A stretch of DNA of 61,714 nt, filler included, from Hausera hauseri (GCA_046269625.1; 11 parts of 11 records of this genome joined end to end with filler, not necessarily neighbours in it), one strand, 5' to 3'; counted from the whole stretch's first letter, positions 1 through 12,501 are shown. A program made the numbers and translations. Notes: generated by a model not told the origin, from the sequence alone.

Positions 1-77
1 ACGGAAAATACATGAAGTAAATATTAAGACAGAAGAAATCAACACGGCCAAGGAGTATCCAGGGATCGGTAGAAGAA
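1..77 (+). repeat. 77-bp terminal direct repeat of contig C1 (identical to 7015-7091)
   Basis: Bases 1-77 (acggaaaatacatg...cggtagaagaa) match 7015-7091 exactly; this is the usual k-mer overlap of a cyclic de Bruijn contig. Confidence 0.95.
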
Positions 78-760
78 ACTATCAAAAAGTGGCAGGACGA
101 AATATCAGGAAACCCGTTCTTAGAACCAACACGACGCCAACTAGACCACCAAATAGTGAATTAAATTGTTGTACATGTCAGAAGGAAGAACATACGAGCA
201 GAACGTACACCACACGGGGATAAATTAAATGCTTTGGATGCGGAAAAGAAAGATATATAAAAAGGTAGCACCCCGAAAGAAAACCAATAAGATGTTACGG
301 ATGTGGTCAGCAGGGGAACATTAGACGAAATTATATAAATCCTAGATGTGAAAGATGTCACCATAGGGGACATACCGAAAAGGAGTGCTACACCAGGCTG
401 GAGGGGAGAAGAGAATCAGGATGGGATACATTCAACGCCAAAAGAAGGTACGGGGATAATATAAACAGAAGACAGGGGGTGGAAAATCTCAAACGTAGAG
501 GAAAAAGAAACAGAATCGGAACAGGAGCCAGTTGCCCCAAAAGGCAAAGCCACAATAGAAGTGCAGCAAGTCGGGGCACTACAATAGATTTAGTCTCCCA
601 AAATATCGTTATGTATAATAGTAGTAGTATATCAAACACTATAGACGAATCAAGAAAGGGACACGGATATACAGTGACACAGGAAAAGTACGGAAATTTA
701 TGAAAACGGAAAATTTCGACGAAGTATACTGCAAAAAAGGACGATAGTGGGAACGATGCA
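1..760 (+). pseudogene. gag: Ty3/Gypsy gag, 3' half, with degenerate CCHC zinc knuckles
   Basis: Continues gag from 6555-7091 through the overlap; knuckle remnants NCCTCQKEEH, KCFGCGK, RCYGCGQQG and RCERCHHRGHTEKEC; stops and frameshifts present. Confidence 0.75.
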
Positions 761-789
761 CAGATCTTCATGATAGAAGAATTGTATGC

Positions 790-3619
790 CGAACACGTAT
801 CATACGGGAAGTTTAATGGACGACCAGGAATCAAGTTAAAAACTCAAGATACATAGGAAGATTGCCTATTTGACATGGCGGCCAAGGTAAGAAGACCGTG
901 GATAAACTGGCAAACACACGCAGAGATCGAATACCACACTACGATGTGCAAATAATAGTCCATTAGATTGCCTGGACACATTGAAAAAATATGTCAAAAT
1001 CAAGGGTCTAAGGAGCGCGTAATATTCCTAGTAGTGTCGGAATTACACACGGAAATAATAGGTGGTGTGGACCTGCAAAACGTATTCGGAATAGAACTGG
1101 GATGGAAACACAGGGAAAAGGAAACGTTACAACAATACATATGCAACCAGGAAGCCAAGTTCGGCAGTAAGGTGACTAACCAGAAAAGAGTCAACAGGAC
1201 AAAGGAAGCTCCTTAGGTAAGTGACAACAAGGAGCTACTCAACATTATACAGAAATACCCAGAAGTATTCATGGCTGGATAGTGGGACATAGGGTGTACA
1301 TCTCTCATCAAACACCGAATAAATATGATAGGAGCGCCGATTAATATCAAACCTCAAAGGCAGCCAGTAAATATAGAAAAAATCGACGAGACTATCCGAA
1401 GCCTGTGGGAAAACGACATTGTCAAGAAATGCAACTCAGCAGGCCTTCCCCATGCCTAACATGGTGGAAATATTGGGCAGGTTATACGGGACCAAGTTTT
1501 TCACGTCAATCGATATAGGTAATGCATAGTAGTAAGTCGAGCTAGAGGAAGACAACAAATTGAAGACGGTGTTTTCAACAAAATTATGGCAGTTCTGTTT
1601 CAACAGAATGCCATACTGTATAGCAGCAGCCATGGCACCTTCTAAATAATGCATAAAGTACTATGGGACATTGAACAAACTGTGGTATACTTACATGACA
1701 TACTAATCTTCTGTAAGACTCTAGAAGAACATTATAGGATAGAAGAAAAGATATTGGAGCGAATCAGGCAGGTCTCAGAATAAACCCAGAGAAGTATCAC
1801 ATCCTCAAGAAAGAAGTAAAATTTTTAGGTCATATAGTGAACGACAAGGGAATATGTTAGATCCATCAAAACTGGTAGCAATTAATTCCTTTGAGAAACC
1901 AAAATGTGTCAAGAATTTGAGAAGTTTCTTAATTACAGAATATTTTTCCAAGGTTTATCCAAGATTTATCCAAGATTTATTCAAGACATTGCAGCAACTA
2001 TGTTGACTGAATAACAAGAAACTAATATGGACCGAGCAATGTAACGAGGACTTCGAGTCCATGAAAAAGGCTCTAGCCACACCGTCAATACTAAGATTCC
2101 CTGATTTCAAAAGAAAATTTATCCTCGATAGGGACGCAAGCTTCGAAACGATTGGAACGGTACTGTCACAGAAGGATAGTTTGGCGAGCGAGAGTGATTG
2201 CGTACGGATCACACGCAATAAACATCCATGAAAAAGGATATTGTATAACTCAAAAGGAACTATTGGCCATGTATCATTTTTTTAACATTTCAACCATTAC
2301 ATATACGGGAAACGGTTCACGTTGAGAACCAACCACAATGCAATAACGTTCATGGTAAAGGCAAAAAACCGATAACAGCCCAATTTCAGACTTGGATCAA
2401 CCACCTATGCAGTCTACACATCAACCTGGAGTACAAAAAATGTACAGATCATGCGAACACAGATATGCTATCCCGCACGAGCTGCAAAACATGCAGTCAA
2501 TGTTTACAACAACATGACGACGCCAAAATGCAGAAAAGCAAGACTCGCAGGATAAACGTCGATGAAACAGCAGAAACACACCAATACCACAAGGACAGCA
2601 GGGAAATCAAAGAAATAAAAAAAAGTACTGTCCTAAAAAAACAAGGAAAATTTATACTAGAAGATGGAATAATTAAAACACGAACAGGTAAGATTTGGAT
2701 AACCACGAACAGACGGGTAAAAATGATGATGCATAACCATGTCATGCTGTCCCACGCAGGATCACAAAAGGTAATAAAATACATTGACAGTAATTACGAT
2801 ATGAAAAACCTACGAGACGCAGTCCAGACAATAGTTCGACATTGCAAATCTTGTCAGCGAAGCAAAACCTTGACAACGAGTACGAAGGAAGAAACAGTGA
2901 ACCTATCGGCAAACGAGCCATTCGAGAAAATATACACAGATATCTGTGGACCAATGAGGGAAACATGGAGAAAAAAATATTTTAGCAATGATAGATCAGT
3001 ACAGTAGCTACCTAACCGTAATTGCTATACCGAGGCAAGATGAAGCAACCATCAAAGCAGAGATAGGAAAGAAATGGATCCTCAAATACAGAGCACCTAA
3101 AGAAATGCATACAGACTGCGGGAAAGCATTTGAGTCGAAATTGATAAAAGATACGGCATAATCAATGAATATAAAAATGTGCTATTCGAGCCCATACAAC
3201 CACAACACAAACAGTATCATCGAGCGACAATTCCGAACAATCAAAAAATACATAAATGCCACGATAGCAGAAAAATCGAGAGTGGACTGGGAAGACATAC
3301 TACCAGAAATAGAATTTACGTTGAATGCGACAATCCATAAGACGACAAGCAAGAGCCCAGCAGAGATAATATTTGGCAGAACGATATATTGAGAAAAATG
3401 GTATGGACAAACGAGGAAACAGAAAGGAGAAACACAGAGGATCAGGAAGGAACCACGGTAAAAAGAACGTTTGAAGTAGGGGATCAAGTGCTGGTACGGA
3501 AGGAATCCGGGACAAAGAAGAAAGACAAATACGAATGCCCGTACACGATAGACGATACGTACTACGACATGAAGATGGCCAAACCCTGAAAAGAAATGTA
3601 TAGAAACTACGAAGATTCT
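790..3619 (+). pseudogene. pol: Ty3/Gypsy pol (PR-RT-RNaseH-IN), disrupted
   Basis: Protease-like GRPGI..CLFD; RT remnants (FNRMPY, YLHDILIF); RNase H FILDRDASFETIGTVLSQ; integrase HVMLSH..CKSCQ, PFEKIYTDICGP, PYNHNTNSIIERQFRTIK, FEVGDQVLVR; many stops and frameshifts. Confidence 0.9.
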
Positions 3620-3631
3620 AAAAAATGGGGA
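3620..3631 (+). promoter_or_regulatory. Polypurine tract
   Basis: aaaaaatgggga immediately before the 3' LTR. Confidence 0.75.
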
Positions 3632-3945
3632 TGTGAGGATATAATCGAGAAATGAATTTGTGAATTTAAATTAAAAGCAAATTTAAGTTAAAAAAAACCA
3701 AACACGAATTTAATTTAAAAATGTAATATTAAAAATTTGTTTCGAATTGAGAATTTCAAGAAATTTGTTTCGAAATCAGCTTTTTAAGATAATAATAAAA
3801 TTTTCAACAACTGGTGTTCACTTTTCAGTGAAAAATTACAAAAGGTCATATTCCGCTTTAGCAAACATACCAAGGAGCGAGGATTTTTCAACCTAATCTA
3901 AGCTGAGCAACGAGGTGGGCGGCGTGGATGCACTCCAAGCTAACA
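3632..3945 (+). mobile_element. 3' LTR (314 bp, TGT...ACA)
   Basis: Diverged direct repeat of 6231-6537; preceded by PPT and followed by GAAGT. Confidence 0.92.
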
Positions 3946-3950
3946 GAAGT
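3946..3950 (+). repeat. Target-site duplication GAAGT (partner at 6226-6230)
   Basis: The same 5 bp follow the 3' LTR and precede the 5' LTR. Confidence 0.85.
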
Positions 3951-6230
3951 ATTGAATAAATCGAGAAATCATTTCTTGAACCAAAACTTTGGATTTTTTG
4001 TAGTTCGATTTAGGTTTACAGTATTTTATGTTTTTGGGGAAATAACGTGCAAGTGCGGAGAAGTCAAATTTAAACAATCGAAAACTTATAAAAATCAATA
4101 AAAAGTAGACACAAATTTTTCTCTAAACTAAATTTCCTCATCAAAAATTTGTATTTCTAATACGAACCAAATCGAACTTAACGTTTATATCAAAAATATA
4201 GAAATGTTCCAAATAAACATTAATATTTTGTTGATGATGTATATTTTTATTATAAATAACACCATTAAAATCTATAAAAATGGTAACATCCAGTACTATT
4301 TATATAATTAATTATGAAACGCGTCTATAAACTTTGTTGGAAAAAAAGAACCTTTATATAAAATACATATGGCAGTTAAAATTTAAATGACAAGGTGTCA
4401 ATAAACTAAAATATAAATATAATTAAATAAATTAGATGTTTATTGGTTAAAACACTTCTTGAACTTACTGCTAGATTAATGGTTAACACAGTAATGTCGG
4501 TATGTCAGCCTTCACTATTTATACTTGTTAAAGTACTGGAAGTAGATGATTTTACACGTTTCCGAAATTTCCATCGGTAAGACAGGAAGGGTTGTCACTG
4601 ACCGTTACAATTCAAACATACATGCACAATAAAAAGCTGTTTTATATCTTGATTACAAAAGCAACTTTATTCTATTAAATAAATTCATTTTTCCACAAAT
4701 TTTTTTACGTTTAAACGTTTCAAATTTTACCTAAACGTTTAATTTTTTACGCGTAAAAGTTTAAACACTAAAATCTCTAGAAAAAATAACTTTGTGTATT
4801 CGCCATGCCTCCTATTTGTTTTTCAATTGATTCCATTTGGTTTTCCAGTGACTTGAAACGCATATTCATGTCATTGTTTCGATTGTCATGCTCTAAATAT
4901 GGAATTTAAAAAATGAAAGTAAACGAGAGAAAAAGCAAACAAATTTAAGTTTTTTGAATAAAATTAATATAGAAAATTATAAAATATAATTAATATGATT
5001 TTGTGTTTTTCGTATATGATTTTCATAGATGAAGCCGTTAACTTGGATCGATTTCTACAACAGGTGATACCAGTTGGTCTTCTAAGGATAAGCCCTTATC
5101 ATCCGACCGGATAAAAATGTTTAAGAATTACATTAACAAGGAACAACATCTTACTGCTTTATGTACCATCAAAAATACAAGTTAACAAATGCCGTTTTTG
5201 TTTTATTTTAAAATTGCAAGTTTAAACAATTCTGATATTTTATTTAACAAATTACAATTGAGAATCTAATCATCACTTAATGTAAACAAATCTATCAAGC
5301 GCTATAAAATAATAGAGTATTTACATTATGATCTAGTTACAGTATCGCGGATTACAAATGTTGAGTAAATAAGCTCCAAAGTTACGAAATGCAAATTCTA
5401 ACAAGTGTTTTCTTACTCCCGGATAGTGTAAATAAAATAGTTAATAAAATTTTACATATTAAAATGATGAACTGTTGTGACTTGCTGATTGACATTTGTA
5501 CATTTGTTAAGAAACACCTGAACATATGTGATCATTTAATGAAAAATGTTTATTTCAATTATTTTCTGACAATTTTTTGATTGATTTGTTTATTGACTAG
5601 ATATATATTCATAATGTAATATTGTTTTAGCTTCCAACGGCTATTATTTTTATTTCTGTCTATTTCCGTTACTGATCTTAGTGGGTATAAATACTTGCAC
5701 ATTTTTGGTAAAAAGCACTAGTCTTTCAAACTCGTATTCTCTTGGTATATGATAAATTGTGAGTTTATTCTAATAATATTATTATTTCTCTTGTATGTTG
5801 TAAACGTATCTGCTAAAATGGTTAAACTGTTAATTAATTGAACAATTAAGTAAAAATCATAAATAATCGATTAGGAGATCCGGCACACGGTAGAACCGCG
5901 TCCAGTATAACTTAAATAAAGATGCAGTGCCAACTAAACAACAAAAAGTAAAGATAATTGTTATGGATTGCCCCTTGTACATTACCTATAAGATTAGAAG
6001 GCGAGGTTTTGACAAACGCCATCTTTATACACCCTTCGACATCTAACATACCAATTTCTTCATCCGTTGATTTATTCACGATAATTCGCTTTATTAAAAT
6101 ACCCTCTCCCATATAAGTTAACGGGAACTGAACAGTAATTCCCGAAAACAGAACACCAATTTTAATCTAATACTAAAAATATTACTAAACTTAGCCGTAA
6201 ATCACATTCTCAAAAATTCAATTTTGAAGT

Positions 6231-6537
6231 TGTGAAGATATAACCGAGAACTGAAATTCTGAATTTAAATTAAAAGCAAATTTAAATAAAAAACTAACCA
6301 CGAATTTAATTTAAAAATGTAATATTAAAAATTTGTTTTGAATTAAGAATTTCAGGAAATTTGTTTCGAAATCAATATTCTAAGATATTAAGGTTTCCGA
6401 CAACTGGTGTTCACTTTTCAATGAGAAATTACAAAAGGTCATATTCCGCTTTAGCGGACATACCAGGGGGCGGGGATTTTTCAATCTAAACCAAGCTGGC
6501 GACGAGATGGGCGGCGTGGTCGTGCCCGCAGCTAACA
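6231..6537 (+). mobile_element. 5' LTR (307 bp, TGT...ACA)
   Basis: Direct repeat of 3632-3945; preceded by GAAGT; followed by TGG PBS and the gag ATG at 6555. Confidence 0.92.
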
Positions 6538-6550
6538 TGGCGACTTACTC
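6538..6550 (+). promoter_or_regulatory. Primer-binding site (TGGCGAC...)
   Basis: TGG directly after the LTR CA end; primer tRNA not determined. Confidence 0.7.
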
Positions 6551-6554
6551 CACA

Positions 6555-7091
6555 ATGGACATTTTCGCGAACCAATTGTTGCCCAGCAAATTCAGGAAAG
6601 CGACGATGTGAAGAAGTACATTAAAGAATGTAATAAATTCTTTAGATATATGAACACCTCAGTGGCGAAGCGGGAAATCATGGTTGAATGCCTCTTGGAG
6701 GAAGAAGCAAAAGAAAGATACGAATCAGTAGATGCGAAGATAACGGGATATCAAAACCGACTACGAAAGACATTCACCCAACCCTCAATTCTGTGCAAAG
6801 ATCTGAAAGAAGCGCTCGAATACAGAATGAATGGAGCGAAACCGGATGCCTACTTCGAGGCAATCGAGAAACTGTTGCAAAAAGTTATGAAATACGAATT
6901 TTCATGCTAGAATCTAAAAGAGGAAATATTGTTCCAATGCTGTAACAATAGAGAGATGAGAAGAGAGATATGCCTCAGCGACAAACGAGACGCAGAAACA
7001 ATAAAGGAGAAAATACGGAAAATACATGAAGTAAATATTAAGACAGAAGAAATCAACACGGCCAAGGAGTATCCAGGGATCGGTAGAAGAA
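6555..7091 (+). pseudogene. gag: Ty3/Gypsy gag, 5' half
   Basis: Begins just after the PBS; ORFs 6608-6910 and 6929 onward in one frame split by TAG; runs into base 1 via the overlap. Confidence 0.75.
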
Positions 7092-7191
7092 NNNNNNNNN
7101 NNNNNNNNNNNNNNNNNNNNNNNNNNNNNNNNNNNTTAATTAATTAANNNNNNNNNNNNNNNNNNNNNNNNNNNNNNNNNNNNNNNNNNNN
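7092..7191. other. Artificial contig linker (44N-TTAATTAATTAA-44N)
   Basis: Identical 100-bp linker with stops in all six frames. Confidence 0.99.
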
Positions 7192-7917
7192 TCCCATCAT
7201 GTTTGTTCAACAAATATCAAACGGAAATCATAATACAAGCTAAAGAATGAGGTCTGTATGTCTTGTGACAGCGAAATAACAACTAAAAGCCATGAATGTA
7301 AAATTATTTGGGAATATTGTTGTCTGTTCAGTAGTCAGGAACATGTGGATAATATTGAAAGGTATTGAGATGAAAAGAAATTATTTCATTTGGATAAGTG
7401 TTGGGCGGTTTTACATGAAACGAAATTGACGACGGTTAGGAAGAATGATAATGACAATATTAAAAGAATTTGGATGAATGACGTTATTGGTACTGTCAAA
7501 TCAAAAGTCGAAATGCCGAAATCAGTTTTGCTAACTCTTGTTCAAGAAATTAAGGCTTTGCAAGACGAAGCTAAAATAGAAAGGATTATATACGCTAATA
7601 TTAAATACCACTTAACAACTCAAGTCACTGAATCGTATTATACGAGTTTCGATGGAACCGTATTTACCGCAAATATTAGTAATGAAGAAATAAAGCCTAA
7701 TTGGTGCCGAGATTTAATTCTTCTTAAAAAGGGCACTCATTGTGGTGCCGTGAATACTGGAAAGCAGTCTGCAAAACCTGATTATAAAAATGGACGACTA
7801 GAAGCAGGCCACTACAAGACTTATCTGCATCTAAGTTGCAACGAGTACTGCAAAAGGTATTACGAAGTTATTCAAATATTAATGTTGTTTCTCGCTTTCA
7901 TTATTTTGGTTTATTGA
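7192..7917 (+). pseudogene. Orphan Cys-containing protein with C-terminal hydrophobic anchor
   Basis: ORF 7390-7917 ends VIQILMLFLAFIILVY; Cys-rich frame continues upstream through a stop; no family recognised. Confidence 0.3.
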
Positions 7918-8269
7918 ATGTCGATAGGGCTTATATAAGAAGAATGTATGATAAACTCAGTATGTATGGTATGACCTCATGGATTAAAGGTGGAGAAATT
8001 CCCCTGTGGAGGAGCACCGCGTTAACAATGGCTGAGTTTGATGAAAAAATTAAATTAGATGTTTTTTCCTATAAATATATATTGTGTAAAAAATTATATG
8101 GGCTTGAGGAGTTCGGTAAATTGGGTCTTATGGTATCTGGGATGGGTTTACAGGTATATGAGTTAGGGGGGAAATCATCAATGACACTTTAAGAATTGGT
8201 GGGAACAATGGTTTCAAGAAAAGTAAAAATTGTCCAACAGTAGATATCTCATCATATAACTTCTATAAA

Positions 8270-9200
8270 GATTCATCAGCCCAAGATACAATTTCAAGCT
8301 CTAGATCCGAATTTTGAATGGTAGATGCAAACTATGTTATCAGTATGTAGATTCGATGAGTAATATCTGCATTCTAAACAGCATTTATTTGCTTTGTTGT
8401 TAAATCTGTCGTGGTAGTAACATATGAATGACCGCGTTGGTGACGGTGTTCGGTTTCTGGAAGGAGAACGTGTTTGACGAGGCGAGAGAGCATTCCGTCG
8501 ATATAAAGAAAGGTCATTCAGTTTATTATTGGTAGTGTTGATTGTGTGTTGGAGTGCCGCATTTTCGGCACGTAATTGGTTCAGTTGGTGTTCGATGGAT
8601 GTATGACGTTGATTGTCATCGGTCGTGATAGCGGCTGATATGATGGGTTGTGATTGGATTTGTAAGACTTCGTGTGCTTTATCTGCCAATTCAGCTAGTT
8701 TATCTAAGGCTGTAGAATCTTCAACAACGGTAAGTAAAGCCCTAATTTGAATTGGTAAAGTATTAAGGAAATATCTTCGAAGTAGATCCGGATTGTGTTC
8801 CTTGGTGACGCCTAGAGTACGTAAGTGAGCCAATGAGGTGCGTAGGAGATCGCTAGGTTTTTGTGTCCCCATTGCATTTTCGTTAAAGAAGTGATGAATT
8901 AGAGTCAATTGGTGGTTCTGTCAGTTTTAACACAGCATCGAACAATTGGGTATAAGGGTCAGAGTGTTGAAAGATGTCCAGTAAGTTATGGATTGAGGCC
9001 TTTATAGAGTTTGGTAGAAAGTAGAGTAAATTATGGGCTTTGGATAACGAATCTGTGATACCGTTGGACTGTAACCAGAGTTGATAGAAGTGGAGCCAAA
9101 TTTTGCTAGACTTCTCATTGTCTATAAAATATTCGGAACAGTGTGGTGAAGTACTGATAGGATTTTAGTGAGAAGAATTTGTATCGGTTGAAGTAGGCGG
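8270..9200 (-). pseudogene. gag: Ty3/Gypsy gag (DUF7041-like type), frameshifted and 3'-truncated
   Basis: MGTQKPSDLL, FLNTLP..IR..L, LDKLAELADK, CYYHDRF...A.KC; homologous to the gag at 57139-58140. Confidence 0.8.
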
Positions 9201-9297
9201 ATTGATTGATTTGGGGTAGTAGAGAATGGATTTGGGTTTTTTGGTCACCTTATCGATGGTGTCACTGGTTGGTGGTGAAATCATACCGCCGCGGATT

Positions 9298-10080
9298 CTA
9301 GAATTGATATGTATAGTTATGTGAGGCCATGATGTGTGGGAAGTCGGTTAAAATGCAACCGTTTTGGGTCAGATAGAAATCGCTGAATACGGAGGTATTA
9401 TGAATGATAACGCATAGTTGTGATGTCTCGATACGTTGTCTGACATGTACTATTTGTATTAGCTTATTATTGACATAAAGATAGAGGGGACATGATGGTA
9501 ATGTACTGTAAACCGGGTTGTGTGATATATCGATGTGATCATTCGAAGTTAAGAAAGTTGCTTTGAACGTTTCTTTTGAAGAATATGTCCGATCTGTGGA
9601 CTCACTATGGTTAGTGGATCTATTGCTTTTATAAGTGATGCACGCTGAAAGTTGACAATAACTAAAATTATACGGATTCTGTTTACAGTCAGAAACTCTA
9701 GTCAGGTACTCGCTGTCATCAGAAGAAGAAATCAGGCTGACTTTGCGATAATGTGCCTTGATTCCACGCCGTCTCATTGCAGATATATTAATCTCTGTAG
9801 ATTCATCAGTGTCGGATATTGTAGGTTTGGCAAGGTATTCAGTGATTGCTGTCTCGTTTTTGCATTGTAATATGCAACATAGTATATGCGGCTATAGTAA
9901 TGAACGATAAGATAGCAAACTTTTATAAGGTGAATGGACAGGAAAGGTTTTTATGAAAAGAAAACTTTAAGTAAATGAATCTTAAGTAACGAAAGTAACA
10001 GTGGGCTGTGGGAAAGGGTGAAGTTGTGCCAACAGCGAACATGTTAAAAATAAAAACTTATGAGAAAAACGGAAAAAGGG
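9298..10080 (-). pseudogene. Unknown Cys-containing region after a hydrophobic stretch (possible ectodomain)
   Basis: Follows the module shared with 55060-55480; ORF 9298-9777. Confidence 0.25.
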
Positions 10081-10660
10081 AATGATTAACAAGAAAAATA
10101 AAAAATGATTGCTTGACGAATAGAGCTTAATAACAAATCCCACCTCGTCGTGTACTGGTCTCTACATGATTGGCAGTATCGTTTTCCGCTAGGGCACAGC
10201 AGATCGGCTTCTTTACGTCGTGTCGTTCTACGGGCGGTCTGTATGTACCACCACTCTTTGAACGAACCAACAAGTTCGTTATATATTGTCTGTTTGTCAT
10301 TGCATCTTGTACGCTTGCCGTAGTTTGACATAATCATTCTGCTTGTTCCACTCTGCAGTCTAGTAAGGATAACATCGCCAGTCGACAGCAGCTGTTGTTG
10401 ATGTTTTATATGTTGTTTCATCTGTGGTAATGCCAGCGGTCCCTTATTACATATTTTAATTGCAATTAAATCATTCAACGATTCTGCATTGTGACTTAGT
10501 CGATTCTGAAACGACGGATAGCTCTCAGATGGATCAAACTCCACGTAGGATTTAAATAAGGTCTGTGGGGAATAGTTTTTTAATGATGGTGACTTGTGTT
10601 TGGTATCGGTATGTTCTCTATGATTGTTAAGTGACTTAGTGATGTCCTTCAGTAGATCCT
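10060..10660 (-). pseudogene. Degenerate integrase C-terminal-like module shared with 54950-55480
   Basis: DPSESYPSFQNRLSH..YIQTARRTTRRKEADL matches DPSKRYPSFQNRLSH..YIQTAHKTT*RKEIDP; LLKDITKSLNN..T..KSP and LSTGDVILTR resemble IN core-end and SH3-region motifs. Confidence 0.5.
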
Positions 10661-10684
10661 TCGATTATTTCTGTAGTGTAATAG

Positions 10685-10900
10685 AAGGTATTTCCAACGG
10701 TGTCGTTCCAGTTGCGTCAGCAACATTTGTATCGGTGTCAGCAGTCAACACTAAATTGACAACTTGCTAATTCGGAAACTGATAAATGAGAAATCGAGCG
10801 GTCTGACCGATTTCTTTCGAACGAGTTAGATGAAGTAACGTTTGGCCGGTGTAACGTCGAGGATCAAGTTGGACTAATCGGAAAATCTGAATACGAAATC
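10685..10900 (-). pseudogene. fem1: FEM1-family C-terminal ankyrin fragment (within ORF 10767-11285)
   Basis: QIFRLVQLDPRRYTGQTLLHL...FPN*QVVNLVL..DTDTNVADATGTTPL fits the FEM1A/B/C C-terminus; no intron. Confidence 0.7.
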
Positions 10901-11481
10901 GGGAGTCCATTTCTTTAGAAAGCAGCGACAAAAGATTCAGTGACCCTCCGGTATAATGATCAATGAACATAGACATAAATGTTAGAGAGAGAGATGTTTG
11001 TTTGAATAACTTAAATGCGTCTTTGTCTGCATTGGTGTATGACCAGTACTGTTTGTTACGCCATCTATAATAACTGAATTCGATTCCTCTTTTAATATTC
11101 AATAATTCGTCAGATGTTGAAAGCTTGGTAACGTCGTCCAGTGCTTCTTTGGCACGTTTCAAAAGGAGTTCGTAATTTTCAAGTGGGAAATTTTTCCAAT
11201 TTGGATTACGGCGATAGAATGAATCGAAAGTGACTTCAAGATAGAAATTTAAAAGTTCTAATTCGTTTGTGTTTGAAACCTCCATTTTTGTATCAAAAGG
11301 GGATATCTACTTTGGTTTATCATCCAGATTATACGCTTTGTACGTATCACCATCACCAATCACATTCCGTTTCCACATTATGCAGTGAAACATCCGATGT
11401 ACTGAGGCATTTCAACAACGGCCTTTTTCAGTGGATATCTTTTGTACAATTCTAACGGGTATCGCTAGGATTCTTTAGTTT

Positions 11482-11581
11482 NNNNNNNNNNNNNNNNNNN
11501 NNNNNNNNNNNNNNNNNNNNNNNNNTTAATTAATTAANNNNNNNNNNNNNNNNNNNNNNNNNNNNNNNNNNNNNNNNNNNN
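11482..11581. other. Artificial contig linker
   Basis: 44N-TTAATTAATTAA-44N. Confidence 0.99.
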
Positions 11582-11879
11582 TATATTTTAGAAAGGAAAG
11601 CAATTAAAAGAGCCAAAATTGATAAAACAATAACTTTCCCCGATGTTTCTCTATTCAATAAAACAACAATATTTCACGGATATAAAATACATTTGTTAAA
11701 AAAGTAGTCTATACTAACTTTGACTAATGCGGACGTCCAAAAAAGAAAATATGAATTTTGCACCAAAATCCTAACTGATCAACAAATTAAAACTATAAAT
11801 TACGCTTCTGTCTCAGTTCATCCTAAGCTCAATTTGACCAAAGCATAAACAATATATCTAGATAATGGGCTGCATTGTT

Positions 11880-12400
11880 TACTTAGCTCAGAAAATGTAT
11901 TTGTGCAAAACTCTAAAATGCATTTAGGGGGAATCATTCACTCTGTGTAAAGCCTTGTTGACAATGGGGCGCTCGCTAAAGCAGTGGAAGTGTCATAACA
12001 ACATCATAGATCATTGCATCAATTGGAATAAGAGGATGTGTATTACTTGTAACAAACCAGTGGATTCCTCCAGTAGCAGCTTTGCCTCCCCCAGAATTTC
12101 TGCATCAACCTGCTTTGTTGGCTGTGGCAGTGGGTGTATTGTAGACGTCATTCAATGAGGGTAATTGGTTTGGGATTTGTGGGTAATATGAGCTTTTTAA
12201 TAGACAGTATAATTACCATCACAACGACGTGTTGATTGTTGACATATTCCAATTCAGTTCTACTGTTAATAAACTTCATTCTTTGCCAGTTTCAGTTTTT
12301 GTAAGTCATTTTGAAATATGTTCAGCTTATGCATTGGATGTTCTGTTGTCGAATTTATTTTTCACTTTTCCGCAAATGACTGACGGTTCCACAGTTTCAT
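11880..12400 (-). mobile_element. Possible highly decayed hAT transposase remnant
   Basis: Across frames: TSNA*AEHI (BED-finger tail-like), NPLVCYK, LSERP, IPPK, reminiscent of the hAT dimerisation domain. Confidence 0.3.
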
Positions 12401-12501
12401 AAACGTATGGAATTTTTTCGTAAAATGTTTAGTATTTATATTTTAGTTACTACTTGATATTAATAATATTTATTTTATTTATGTAAGTTAGGATATATAT
12501 A

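Noticed and set aside
161-3515. Many short antisense ORFs over transposon genes (here and throughout the window)
   Set aside because: Shadow frames produced by strand-biased composition, with no recognisable motifs
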